A stretch of DNA of 64,000 nt from Candidatus Multivoradales bacterium (GTDB taxonomy: Bacteria > Acidobacteriota > Thermoanaerobaculia > Multivoradales > JAHEKO01): assembly GCA_965248055.1 (NCBI GenBank), contig CBDFIJ010000004.1, positions 1,728,001-1,792,000 on the forward strand, written 5' to 3'. The translations under genes and the position numbers were made by a program. This document shows, piece after piece, positions 51,219 to 61,033 of this stretch (position 1 is its first letter; every line of letters begins with the position of its first letter). The notes beneath the pieces were generated by a model. That model had not been told where the DNA came from. It was given only the letters and a program-made list of their open reading frames with translations, and did no database searches.

Positions 51219-54200
51219 CTAGTCCGAGTTATATATATCTTGAGATGTAGCGTCCCTACTGACAGGTCGACACTTCACCTGCTTTCCAGTGACAGGATCC
51301 ACATCGCATTCAATGGTACGGGCAAAGTCTTGCCCTTCGTCTTCAAATAGAAATAGCATTCCCTCATCCGTACCTGGCTCGACTTGGCCCTCGACAAAAT
51401 CAAGGACATCTTGATCGGGGAATTCTTCCCCCATCGCAGCTTTCACCAGACCCAAATGGTGTTGAGCTGACTTGTAATCGTTTCGACCTGCGGCCAATAA
51501 ACCCAAACCCCGATGTGCCAACATATCGGTACCATCTTGCTTCAGTGCTTGCTCTAAAGCACGTTTGCTCTCCGGTCTCCGATCCAAGTGGAAAAGCAGC
51601 GTCCCCAAATGAGAAAGCGCAGACGGATACTCTGAATTCTTGTCGACGAGTTGCTGCAAAATTTCCACTGAAGATTCCAGCCCCTCAGAGGCTTCCGCAA
51701 CGCCAGATAGAGCCAAAGTAGCGAGCCCTGGATGCGCTGTCTCCTGAACAGTCTCGCTAAATCCAGTAAGCGTCATCGCACCATCTGTAGCCTGTTGCCA
51801 TGCTGCGTTGCGCACAATGTGGGTGACGTATGTGTACGCTTCTACCGCTGGTTCGAGGGCTGCGAGTGCCCTTTCCCATTGATCGTGTTCTATGTAGATA
51901 CGAAATATAGTTATTCGATCATCGACATCGTCTGCATCAATGTCCAGATGGGTATCGAAGCTATCCCAAGCCGCATCGAGCCGGCCAAGCTCGACAAGAA
52001 CCAGCCCTCGATTCAAATGTGCCCATTGATCGCGACTAGAAATCTCAATCTGACGGTCGAGCTGAACTAACGCTTCCTCAAAACGTCCGAGCTGCTTCAA
52101 CGCTCGACCGTAGTTGTTGAAAGCCGCTTTATGTTCTGGCTCGATTTCAACCACATGTTCAAACAGCGGGAGCGACTCCTCCGCAAAGCCATTTTCTAGA
52201 AGGGAGTACCCCGCTCGGTGAAGCTCCCAATCATCGTTCGACATCGAGTTCAGGCGGGACAGGACCTCCTTTGCACGCCCGTCACGCTCTAAAGAAAAGG
52301 CACATTCCCCTATCCGCAACCACGCTCGTGTGTCATCTGGGTCAACCGCAATAGCTCGCTCCAGGAACTGGGTCGCCTCGCCGCAACGATCTTCCTCCGT
52401 ATGAATCCTGCCGATTTCAGCAAGGGCGTAGTCGTCTAAAGGAAAGAACTTCAAGTGGTCCAAATAGGCTTCGATTGCTTCGTCATTGCGATCGGACTCC
52501 GAAAAAGCCCAGCCGATGTACTTGCGGGCTTTGTCATCGTAGGGCTTGACCTCCAAGTGCTTTCTCATCGTTTCGATGCTGTCTTCGAAGCGACCCATCT
52601 CGCTGTAACAACGACCTAGGTAGTACCAAGCAGAGTCGTGTTCTGGCGATTGCTCAGTGATCCTTTGATACAAGTCCACGGCGGTCGCATAGTTATCTGA
52701 TCTCCACGCGGCCATCGCAGCGTTCTCCAAAGTCTCAAGGCTAGCTTCCGAGGCTCTGGCCTCCGCATCCCCAGTGAAGCGAGCCGAAACTGTTTGTTTC
52801 GCGTCGGCGAGCGCTGCACTACGTAGTACGCCAAAGGCTCCAGGGTCGGAAGGTAGCGTATCGACAACCAGATGGCGGGTGGCTCTGAGTGTCCCGTTAT
52901 CGAACGAATACTCCGAAGAATAATTGCCGAACTCCCACGTCGAGTCGACCGGTAGAGGAAGCCTCACCTCGACACCTTCTGATATCTGAAGTTCCATCGT
53001 GAACTTCTGCGAGTTAGTTGTCCAGCGCCGCCGAAGCCATTCTTTTTCAAAAACCTCGTCAGAGATCACGGTTGGGCGACGCAGCGGGAACCGAACGGAC
53101 TGCTCACTGGTTAGAGGGTTAAGAAAATTCTTGAGGGTTAGATCGTATTCAATACGCAGCGGTTGGTCCGTATTGGTGGGTTCCCCGACAGTCAGGTTTG
53201 AGATGTCTCCTTCGGTGGGTTCCAGTCCATCAAAAACCATCTTCGTCCAGTTCGCTTTTGGTACGAACATAAAAGCCTGCCTCAACTCGAACTCGTCGTC
53301 CCCCCGCAATTCGAACACCACACGTGCGGTCAAGGTTCCGTTTTCGTCAACTTCGCCCTCCAGCTTTTGTTCCAATACCTCCGACACCAAGGAGCGCTCC
53401 GGGGTTCGAACAATGCGACTGTCCTCTCCGTCGATCACCAAAGCGTTTTTGTCGATTAACGCTTGAGATAAATACTGGTAAGGGGTCACCTGAGACGTAC
53501 TGTCCAGCCACACCGACCCCTTCTCCGTCGGCACCATCGTGATCATGTGGTTGAATTGCCCTGGTGAGGGCACTTCCGGTTCAATGGCGGTAGACGAACC
53601 AATCAACACCGCCTTTGACTCGAACCCAGCGGTCAAGAGCATCGCGGCTAGAAGAGAGTGTTTATCTTTGCAATCGCCATATCCATTGGAAAGCACTTCC
53701 GACGCGAAATGAGGTTGGTAGCGACCTACGCCGTAGCTGATGCTCAAATAACGAAATTCACGGGCGACAAAATTGTAGATACGTTCGATTTTTTCCGCTG
53801 GTGATCCCGCGTCTGCGATCAGCTCCCGCACCCTATTCTCAATCGTTGGATCTGGAACTCCTCTTCCTTGTAACAAATCAGATGCCCAGCTCCCAACTTC
53901 GCTCCACGACAAGAAACTAGACAACTGCACATCTGGCTGCTGCGTTTCATAAGGTGATAATCCCTCGTCTTCTTCTTTTTCTTCACCTTTTGAAGTGTGC
54001 GTCCAACGATAGACCTGTTGAGGGCCAGCCTCCGTCACTTCTGGTTCAGTGACAGACTTGAAACGTACCTCTCGTTTCTTGGGAAAGCTAACAGTCAGCG
54101 ATTCGCTGATAACGGGAAACAAGGTAGTGAACGCATGAGTCATCCAAAACTGGCCCGGTGCTTCTGGCTCCAGAATTTCAGTGCTGGTCTGCACTTCCAG

Positions 54201-54635
54201 GATGTTCCCACGCGCCAACGGTGGAGCCGTGGCATGAACGATGTGAAGGTCAGTGTAGGACGGAAATTGGGTAGTAACCGGCGCCGGAAGATCTTTGATC
54301 TCAGAAGCGCTCTCATGGAGAAGACTCCCCTCTGAATCAAAAACAGCGATTCGATCCACAGAGAATGACTCCCGACCTTTTAGGTAGGGAAAAAGGAGTT
54401 GCCCGAATTCTTGCGCTGCGCCATCCGATTGCAAACGAACCTTCAGCAAGTTCGTCTTCTTTCCAGTGCCATCGTTGTTAAAAGAGTACGAGATGTCGAT
54501 CGACTCAAAGACCAAAGGCTCGCTGTCCAAATCCTCTTCTGCGTACATTGCTGTCGACGCAGCACTTGCCGCTAGAACAATCACACCAGCCCATCGAAAC
54601 AAGAACCCTAGTTGCACGGTAATTCCCCCAATCAA
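51219..54635 (-). CDS. Exported DUF3857 + transglutaminase-like + TPR-repeat protein
   Basis: Signal-like N-terminus; catalytic-type YGDCKDKHSLL, FNHMIT, WLDST; many C-terminal TPRs (AWYYLGRCY, AFNNYGRAL, AHLNRGLVL). Start uncertain. Confidence 0.88.
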   Translation of the reverse strand: MIGGITVQLGFLFRWAGVIVLAASAASTAMYAEEDLDSEPLVFESIDISYSFNNDGTGKKTNLLKVRLQSDGAAQEFGQLLFPYLKGRESFSVDRIAVFDSEGSLLHESASEIKDLPAPVTTQFPSYTDLHIVHATAPPLARGNILEVQTSTEILEPEAPGQFWMTHAFTTLFPVISESLTVSFPKKREVRFKSVTEPEVTEAGPQQVYRWTHTSKGEEKEEDEGLSPYETQQPDVQLSSFLSWSEVGSWASDLLQGRGVPDPTIENRVRELIADAGSPAEKIERIYNFVAREFRYLSISYGVGRYQPHFASEVLSNGYGDCKDKHSLLAAMLLTAGFESKAVLIGSSTAIEPEVPSPGQFNHMITMVPTEKGSVWLDSTSQVTPYQYLSQALIDKNALVIDGEDSRIVRTPERSLVSEVLEQKLEGEVDENGTLTARVVFELRGDDEFELRQAFMFVPKANWTKMVFDGLEPTEGDISNLTVGEPTNTDQPLRIEYDLTLKNFLNPLTSEQSVRFPLRRPTVISDEVFEKEWLRRRWTTNSQKFTMELQISEGVEVRLPLPVDSTWEFGNYSSEYSFDNGTLRATRHLVVDTLPSDPGAFGVLRSAALADAKQTVSARFTGDAEARASEASLETLENAAMAAWRSDNYATAVDLYQRITEQSPEHDSAWYYLGRCYSEMGRFEDSIETMRKHLEVKPYDDKARKYIGWAFSESDRNDEAIEAYLDHLKFFPLDDYALAEIGRIHTEEDRCGEATQFLERAIAVDPDDTRAWLRIGECAFSLERDGRAKEVLSRLNSMSNDDWELHRAGYSLLENGFAEESLPLFEHVVEIEPEHKAAFNNYGRALKQLGRFEEALVQLDRQIEISSRDQWAHLNRGLVLVELGRLDAAWDSFDTHLDIDADDVDDRITIFRIYIEHDQWERALAALEPAVEAYTYVTHIVRNAAWQQATDGAMTLTGFSETVQETAHPGLATLALSGVAEASEGLESSVEILQQLVDKNSEYPSALSHLGTLLFHLDRRPESKRALEQALKQDGTDMLAHRGLGLLAAGRNDYKSAQHHLGLVKAAMGEEFPDQDVLDFVEGQVEPGTDEGMLFLFEDEGQDFARTIECDVDPVTGKQVKCRPVSRDATSQDIYNSD

Positions 54636-54853
54636 TCAACTTCTGCCCAGCCACCAGATTATAGCGACGCCGAAATAGCTCGTTGATCAGGATGACCAAA
54701 ACTAGAACCAACAACGACGACGACACACCGTAAACGCCTCGCGGAAGCCAGAGTTTGAAGCGGTTGAAATGGTAACCAGTTAGAGTCGGCCCACATTCAA
54801 CCGCTTGCAGGTATGCTTAATCTCACTTTTGGTTTCCGCAAAGGAGCATTGTC

Positions 54854-55372
54854 ATGCGCATTTTGATCTGTTGTTTGCTGCTCGCTCTCATCATTCCCCA
54901 GGCAGCTCTTGCGGTAGTCAGCTTTACCCAACTCGACGAAGACACTTTTGTTGTTAGTCACCGCATCAAGGGCATCGGACTGCGCGGAAAGGCCATCAAG
55001 CTGGTCTATACCAAGGCGGCATCGCTGTGTATTGCAGCGGGATACTCCCACATGCGGATCGTCAACGAGGAGTCGGAAAGCGGGCAATCCGATGACACTG
55101 CCAACGCCAGCATGCGGGTACAGTTCTATTTTCAAGATGGAGAGGATCGCCTCGACTGCGACCGGCAATCGGATCCAGAGTACATCCTTCAAGCTCGAGA
55201 GAAACTGGCGAAGCGTGGTTACCAGTGGCCAGAGGAACCGTCGCAAGAAATGCTCACGACCGAAGCAGAGGGCGAGGGTGGTGACACCGGCTCCTGCTCG
55301 ATCCCCCAAATCGCCGCGATGGCCCGTACCGGCCTCAACGATGAACAGATCATCGCCGCTTGCGGGGGTTGA
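54854..55372 (+). CDS. Exported hypothetical protein
   Basis: AAGGAG RBS; signal peptide; Cys pairs; C-terminal CSIPQIAAMARTGLNDEQIIAAC mini-domain. Confidence 0.75.
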   Translation: MRILICCLLLALIIPQAALAVVSFTQLDEDTFVVSHRIKGIGLRGKAIKLVYTKAASLCIAAGYSHMRIVNEESESGQSDDTANASMRVQFYFQDGEDRLDCDRQSDPEYILQAREKLAKRGYQWPEEPSQEMLTTEAEGEGGDTGSCSIPQIAAMARTGLNDEQIIAACGG

Positions 55373-55433
55373 TATCGATACAAGAAATCCCAATGACCGG
55401 AGGAGTCGCTAGAAAACTATTCTTGACCTAGAA

Positions 55434-56129
55434 TTGAGAAGTCCTAACGAACGATGGCACCAATTGCATCCATCGAGAGAGGTTTTTTTGTTCAAGAAGG
55501 CGGGAAAAACCAACAATTGCGTCCCCGTCTCAAGGGTTCAAACGCCGACTCAACACGTCACTTTCGAACGGTTCATCTCAACACCGGCAAGAATCCTGGC
55601 TGGGTCTCCCAGTCAATATCAGCGCTGCGAAGCGCTCATACTTCTATATATCAAGACCGAAGAACAACTTCGAAAGCTCTTTTGTTTCCTGGCCAGAACA
55701 GAACCGCATTGCGTGGATTGGGCGCATATCGCTAGGTACGTGTCTGAGCACAAAGATTGGCAACCATCAAAGTGGATCAATTCGATCGATCGTCTCCACT
55801 CAAAGGGGTTTTTTCACCGTGCTGTTTCTGCTGTGGACGAGGACTTTCGGGCTATGCGAAAAGAGCTGGAGGGCTATAAGCCTCATCGAGATAGGTTGTT
55901 TCACGGCGTCACCGTGAATAAAACTTTCTACCGTTGGCTAGAAAACAGAAATCGCTGTGGGTTCCTAATTCATTGGCTGGAAACGGTCGGCGCAGCGATG
56001 ACTAAATCCATCAACTACGATGGAATCCAGATGATCAGTGCGTTGAAGCGTAAACCGTTGTGCAAGTTCCCCCGCTCGACGGATTACCTTGAAGTCAAGG
56101 AATACCTCAACGAGTATCGCTACGATTGA
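55434..56129 (+). CDS. Hypothetical helical protein with HEPN-like RxxxxH motif
   Basis: EALILLYIKTEEQLRKL helix and HRDRLFHG motif; AT-richer DNA. Start uncertain. Confidence 0.55.
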   Translation: MRSPNERWHQLHPSREVFLFKKAGKTNNCVPVSRVQTPTQHVTFERFISTPARILAGSPSQYQRCEALILLYIKTEEQLRKLFCFLARTEPHCVDWAHIARYVSEHKDWQPSKWINSIDRLHSKGFFHRAVSAVDEDFRAMRKELEGYKPHRDRLFHGVTVNKTFYRWLENRNRCGFLIHWLETVGAAMTKSINYDGIQMISALKRKPLCKFPRSTDYLEVKEYLNEYRYD

Positions 56130-56210
56130 CGAGCACTAGCGTAGATCTACTCAAGAGAAAACGAGCCTCTCGCCAGAGTGGCTCTCCGTTATTGGTCGAT
56201 GACCTCGGCG

Positions 56211-56822
56211 CTAGGCGTCGTACTTCACCGAGCAACCGTAGGGACGTGTGGTCGCTGGATCAGCAGCACTGTCCATCGCCAGCGCCGTCAGCGCCCCATC
56301 GACATAGTTGTCGCGCTCGTAGGAGCTAAGGCGGCCTCGGGGGTCGTCGTCGATTGCACCGTTGTAGAGAATCGTACCCTCGCCATTGATGACATACATG
56401 TGTGGTGTGGTCTTGGCATTGTAAGCGTGGCCGACTTCGCCCGAAGCATCATAGAGCACCGCATAGTCGACGCCGTTCTTTTGATTGAACGCTAAGTGCT
56501 CGGCGGGCTGCAAATAGTCGCTGTGATCAGCGGCGGTGCTGTTGATCGCCAGCCAGGCGACATCGCCGTACTTGGCCGTTAAATCCACCATGGTTTGTTC
56601 TCGAGTGTGGCGTAAGGAATATGGGCAGTTGGGGTTAATCCACTCCAGGACCACCACCTGTCCAGCATAGTCCGACAAGGTGTGGACACTGCCATCGGCT
56701 GCGGTAAGGGTGAAATCCGGGGCGGCGGTACCAACCGCACCACTTGCCGCCAACGGAGCAACCGCAAAGAGGGCAACCAAAGCCCATAGCAAGCGGGTCC
56801 GGACAAAGTCATTCTGAGTCAT
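56211..56822 (-). CDS. Exported thioredoxin-fold / AhpC-TSA (peroxiredoxin-like) protein
   Basis: ATG 56822 after GGAGA; APDFTL, VVLEWINPNCPY, AKTTPHMYVI, YNGAIDD, RPYGCSVKY. Confidence 0.9.
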   Translation of the reverse strand: MTQNDFVRTRLLWALVALFAVAPLAASGAVGTAAPDFTLTAADGSVHTLSDYAGQVVVLEWINPNCPYSLRHTREQTMVDLTAKYGDVAWLAINSTAADHSDYLQPAEHLAFNQKNGVDYAVLYDASGEVGHAYNAKTTPHMYVINGEGTILYNGAIDDDPRGRLSSYERDNYVDGALTALAMDSAADPATTRPYGCSVKYDA

Positions 56823-56984
56823 TGTTCTCTCCAGGGTAGATGTCAGTTTCGAGATAGCTTGTTCTCGACACAACTGCAATACGGATTCTTGAGACTCGTG
56901 GTTCAACCGTCGGCAGACCGCAGTAATACGAAGCGTCATGAGTCTGGCCCGCGCACCAAGAATGCAGGCCGGTAAGACACATAG

Positions 56985-58517
56985 CTAGACAACAAAGTAC
57001 AGCACCCCGACCGCCCCAGCCAACGCGAGTAACCAGCCCAAGGTCTTCGCGAAGTTTCCTCGTGCTCTCACCGCCATCCAAGCGCCAGCGACCGAAACCA
57101 AGAGGGCCAATTGAACTCCCGCCAAAGGGGTGGGGGCGATCAATCCGCCGAGCAAGTAGAACCTCGCGACCACCGCGACCAGAGCGAGGAAGCCGGCGAT
57201 TCCCAGCGCCAGTCGAGACGGAGCTTCTCGATTGGAGCGGGTTGCGATCACGGCGAGAACCAACAACCCAGTACCGACCCAGCCGATCCCGGGGGCTGCG
57301 GGAAGTAAGGAAACGGTAAACCCGGCCGCGGCAACCGCCAGTGGAGTCGTTCCGCTGAATTTCCTGCCAGCGAAAGCGACAGCGGCCCCGACCAACAGCA
57401 GCCAAGCTCCGATCGCGATCACCGGCGGCGAAATTTCCTGGGTTCCAGAACCAACCCAGAACCAGATCAATCCGATTGCCGCAATCCCAGCAATCCACGC
57501 GGTGCGCAAGACCCCAGAGCGAGCGGTCAACGCACCAGAGCCCAGGTAGAAAAAAGCGGCCAAGACCACTGGAAGCCAGTACCACCATAAACCCGGAGAA
57601 GCGGTTGGCGTCATGGCTTTCGAAGGCACTGCCTCCGACGCCGCTACGTCCAGATCAGTCGTCGGCTCGGTTTGCCACTCTGTGGGAACCGAAACCGCCA
57701 AGCTCGCGGCCAATGCGTCCGTTCCAGGTTCAGCAACCCCCGTCGCGGTCCAGGTTAGATCCAACGTCCCAGGCAGCACTTGGGTCAGGTCGAGTCTAGA
57801 AACTGGAATCTCAACCCGAGACTGGGAGGCAGCACCGGCAGCTGTGGTGTCGATTGTTGGCACGCCCATGCCCAGCGCTTCGACCACCTCAAAGAATAAG
57901 TCCTGAACTGAAAAAGGAAGATCGATCACCAATCGACCCTCTTGTGAATCGACCCTTTCAATTCGACCCTCCAGATTGGGCCCGAGTGCAGGAACCAGAC
58001 CCCGCCAAGAAGCCAAACGTGTTTGCTGGGTCGAGTCGAACTGGATCTCCCCCAGGGCTTGAGTCAGTTCTAGATCATGTCGATAGGGGATGCACTCGGC
58101 TTCACAAACTACGTAGTCAACATTGACCAGTAGCTCAAGAGACAACCCTTCAGCTTGAATCTTCGATCGGACCGGGTAGATCACCTGGTCGCTGTAGCCA
58201 AACGCGACCAGACCTCCAGCCAAGTTGTAACGATGCGGTGCAGGAAACAGCAACTCAGCTTGGGTTACTTCTGCGGTTGCCGATAGATCAAGAGCGGGGG
58301 GGTAACCCGCATCGCCGGCGTTTTTCCAGTAAACGTGCCACCCCGGAGCCAGCTCAAACTCAACCCCGAACCAGTATTCACCCTCCGGGCTGGCGACCTC
58401 ATACGGTGTGACCAAGCGCAAGGAAGACTGCTCATTGCGTTGCCATGGCCCTTCCGCGGCAAGAACCGGCGCAGCCAGAAACAGGACCGCCATGCAAAAT
58501 AGAATCATCTTCATCAA
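56985..58517 (-). CDS. DsbD N-terminal domain protein with divergent membrane region
   Basis: LAPGWHVYWKNAGDAGYPP and VVCEAECIP (DsbD alpha domain); C-terminal TM helices with no Cys. Confidence 0.8.
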   Translation of the reverse strand: MMKMILFCMAVLFLAAPVLAAEGPWQRNEQSSLRLVTPYEVASPEGEYWFGVEFELAPGWHVYWKNAGDAGYPPALDLSATAEVTQAELLFPAPHRYNLAGGLVAFGYSDQVIYPVRSKIQAEGLSLELLVNVDYVVCEAECIPYRHDLELTQALGEIQFDSTQQTRLASWRGLVPALGPNLEGRIERVDSQEGRLVIDLPFSVQDLFFEVVEALGMGVPTIDTTAAGAASQSRVEIPVSRLDLTQVLPGTLDLTWTATGVAEPGTDALAASLAVSVPTEWQTEPTTDLDVAASEAVPSKAMTPTASPGLWWYWLPVVLAAFFYLGSGALTARSGVLRTAWIAGIAAIGLIWFWVGSGTQEISPPVIAIGAWLLLVGAAVAFAGRKFSGTTPLAVAAAGFTVSLLPAAPGIGWVGTGLLVLAVIATRSNREAPSRLALGIAGFLALVAVVARFYLLGGLIAPTPLAGVQLALLVSVAGAWMAVRARGNFAKTLGWLLALAGAVGVLYFVV

Positions 58518-58568
58518 CTCCTGACGTTATCAGTGTCGTTAGTCATAAGATCATCGACGGAGGTACGC

Positions 58569-59810
58569 ATGAAGAAAGTTTCCAGTCTGCTCGTTGCAAC
58601 GATCTTGGTCGCACCCATGTGGGCCGGTGAGTCAGCCAAACTGAAAGATGCCCTACTCGGAGAGACCCCCTTCGAACAAGACCTGCGTCATCTGACCGAC
58701 TCGATCGGGGGACGACCCACCGGCTCTCTGGAGAACCTTGCTTCTGTGGATTGGGCTCTAAATCGGCTTCGTGGAGCCGGGGTTGAAGCCTGGAAAGAGG
58801 GCTTCACGATGTCCGAATTGTGGTTGGAAAGCAGTGCCACCGGCACCATCACCGGCGAAGTCGGCTTCCCGGTACGGTCCCGGCCGGAAGACGTCCTCCA
58901 TCGTCACAATGCCTCCCTAGGAATCGATAACGAACACCTGTTATTGATCATGGACCGCGTTTCGGCCAAGCGAGCCATGCGACTGCTCCGTCAAGACAAT
59001 GCCCTATCCCTTGAAGTAGTAGTTGATATCGTCTCCTCTGGACCCTATGAGAGTTTCAATGTTCTGGCTGAGATTCCTGGAAGCGACTTGGCAAAAGAGG
59101 TCGTCTTGATCGGGGCCCACCTGGACTCCTGGGGACTTGGAACCGGCGCGCTCGACAACGGCTGCAACGTGGCGATGTTGATTGATATCGCTCGGCAGAT
59201 GAGACGACTCGATTTGAAGCCTCGCCGGACGATCCGCTTTGCGTTGTGGAATGGCGAAGAACAAGGTCTCCAGGGTTCCTGGGGGTACGTCCAACGACAT
59301 GCTGGCGAGTTAGACCACCACTTGATGGCATCGTCCTACGACATCGGAGCCGGTCGCATCAGCGGTTTTTTCACCGGTGGACGACCGGACACCGCCGCTG
59401 CGGTTGAATCCTCTGTGGCAAGATTGGATGACCCCGAGTCTTTTTCTGTGCTCGATGTACCGGTCGTTGGTACCGACAACTACGACTTCATGCTTGAGGG
59501 CATCGCCAACTTAGTCGCCAATCAAGAGTCCTCCAATTACGGGCCGCACTACCATGCATCCACCGACACCTTTGACAAAGTAGATTTGGAGCAGGTCAAA
59601 CGCAACGCTGTGATCGCCGCCACGGTCACCTGGGCTTTCGCCAATCAAGATTTCGATTTGCCGCGTCAAAGTCGCACGGAGGTCGAGGAATTGGTCAAGA
59701 ACACCAGCTTGGGCGAGCAAATGCGAACGTTTCATATGTACCACCAATGGCAGCAAGGGAAACGGGGTCGAAGCTCCATTACCCTGCAGCCCGTCACCGC
59801 CCGAGACTGA
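58569..59810 (+). CDS. M28-family peptidase (carboxypeptidase Q-like), exported
   Basis: GGAGG RBS; IGGRPTGS; LIGAHLDSW, GALDNG, WNGEEQGLQGS, GTDNYDF, YHASTDTFDKV. Confidence 0.9.
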   Translation: MKKVSSLLVATILVAPMWAGESAKLKDALLGETPFEQDLRHLTDSIGGRPTGSLENLASVDWALNRLRGAGVEAWKEGFTMSELWLESSATGTITGEVGFPVRSRPEDVLHRHNASLGIDNEHLLLIMDRVSAKRAMRLLRQDNALSLEVVVDIVSSGPYESFNVLAEIPGSDLAKEVVLIGAHLDSWGLGTGALDNGCNVAMLIDIARQMRRLDLKPRRTIRFALWNGEEQGLQGSWGYVQRHAGELDHHLMASSYDIGAGRISGFFTGGRPDTAAAVESSVARLDDPESFSVLDVPVVGTDNYDFMLEGIANLVANQESSNYGPHYHASTDTFDKVDLEQVKRNAVIAATVTWAFANQDFDLPRQSRTEVEELVKNTSLGEQMRTFHMYHQWQQGKRGRSSITLQPVTARD

Positions 59811-59811
59811 C

Positions 59812-60192
59812 GTGTATCGCATCTGTAAGGACTTCACTTTCGCCGCTGCCCACTCGATCCGCGGACACACCGGTGGCTGCGAGCGTCTGCACGGACACAA
59901 CTACCGAGTGCGTATTCACCTCGCTTCACGGGAGCTGAATGAGCTGGGAATGGTGATGGACTTTGCCGATCTCAAGCAGATCGCCGAGGAGGTCCTCGGC
60001 CCATTTGACCACCAAGTGATCAACGACATACCGCCCTTCACCGAGCGTAATACCACCGCTGAGTTGTTCGCTCAGTATATTTTCGAGCAAGTAAACCATC
60101 GACTCGCAAGGGAGCAGGCAGAGGTGGTCCAGGTCGAGATGTGGGAAAACGAACGATCTGGAGCCAGCTACCAGCCGGAGGCCAAACCCTGA
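59812..60192 (+). CDS. queD: 6-carboxytetrahydropterin synthase
   Basis: FAAAH...CERLHGHNY, GMVMDF, FDHQVIN, NTTAE, WENE. Confidence 0.93.
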   Translation: MYRICKDFTFAAAHSIRGHTGGCERLHGHNYRVRIHLASRELNELGMVMDFADLKQIAEEVLGPFDHQVINDIPPFTERNTTAELFAQYIFEQVNHRLAREQAEVVQVEMWENERSGASYQPEAKP

Positions 60193-60896
60193 CCCCTCCA
60201 GTCGGCGAGACTAGGCCCGCCGACCCGCATCTCCGGCTACCTGCCCAAGAGCGGCTGCGGATCAACGAAATCTTTTTCTCGATCCAGGGCGAGTCAACCC
60301 AAGTGGGCCGGCCTTGCATCTTTGTCCGCCTGACTGGCTGTCAGATGCGTTGCATCTGGTGCGACAGCGAACACTCCTTCTACCAAGGCGACTGGTTGAG
60401 CATCGACGAAACTCTCGACCGCTTGAAGGACTTTGACTGCGACTTGGTGGAAGTGACCGGCGGCGAGCCGTTGTTGCAACCCAGTGCCTTGACGCTCATG
60501 AAACGACTGTGCGATCAGGGCTACGAAGTGATGCTGGAAACCGGGGGTGGCGTTCCTATTGACCCGGTCGACTCGAGGGTACGGCGAATCGTCGATGTCA
60601 AATGCCCTGGCAGTGGCGAGTCGGAAAACAACTGCTGGCCTAACTTGAGTCAACTCACCGACCGTGACGAATTGAAGTTCGTGATCGCCGACCGAAGGGA
60701 TTTTGTGTGGGCGGTAGGCGTGGTTCAGGAGTACCACCTAGTGGACCTTTGCTCGGTATTGTTCTCACCGGTAGAAGTCGGGAGCGCTGCCTTCAATCCA
60801 ACCGTGCTCGCCGAATGGATCCTCAAATCTTCGCTGCCGATTCGCATGCAACTTCAATTGCACAAGTCCCTTTGGAGAGGCGCGCGCGGCACATAG
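60141..60896 (+). CDS. queE: 7-carboxy-7-deazaguanine synthase (radical SAM)
   Basis: INEIFFSIQGE, VRLTGCQMRCIWCD, VTGGEPLLQ, QLQLHK. The true start is probably 15-40 codons downstream of 60141. Confidence 0.93.
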   Translation: MGKRTIWSQLPAGGQTLTPPVGETRPADPHLRLPAQERLRINEIFFSIQGESTQVGRPCIFVRLTGCQMRCIWCDSEHSFYQGDWLSIDETLDRLKDFDCDLVEVTGGEPLLQPSALTLMKRLCDQGYEVMLETGGGVPIDPVDSRVRRIVDVKCPGSGESENNCWPNLSQLTDRDELKFVIADRRDFVWAVGVVQEYHLVDLCSVLFSPVEVGSAAFNPTVLAEWILKSSLPIRMQLQLHKSLWRGARGT

Positions 60897-61033
60897 TCGA
60901 AATTCTGAGCTCGATTCACACAATCAGCTTGCATTAGGATCACGTTTCATGCTTTCGCACCGATTATAATTTCTCCCGGTGGCGAAGTTTATTAGGTTGC
61001 GGCTTCGCGATCGTTTGGATCAAAAAGGGCAAA

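Noticed and set aside
54505-54790. Short hydrophobic ORF upstream of the DUF3857 gene
   Set aside because: It overlaps the larger gene and has no clear start; it could be a remnant but cannot be supported.
59812-60896. queD/queE as part of a 7-deazaguanine DNA-modification (dpd) system, or under a preQ1 riboswitch
   Set aside because: No dpdA/tgt-like or other dpd genes are nearby and there is no leader space for a riboswitch; ordinary queuosine synthesis is the simpler reading.
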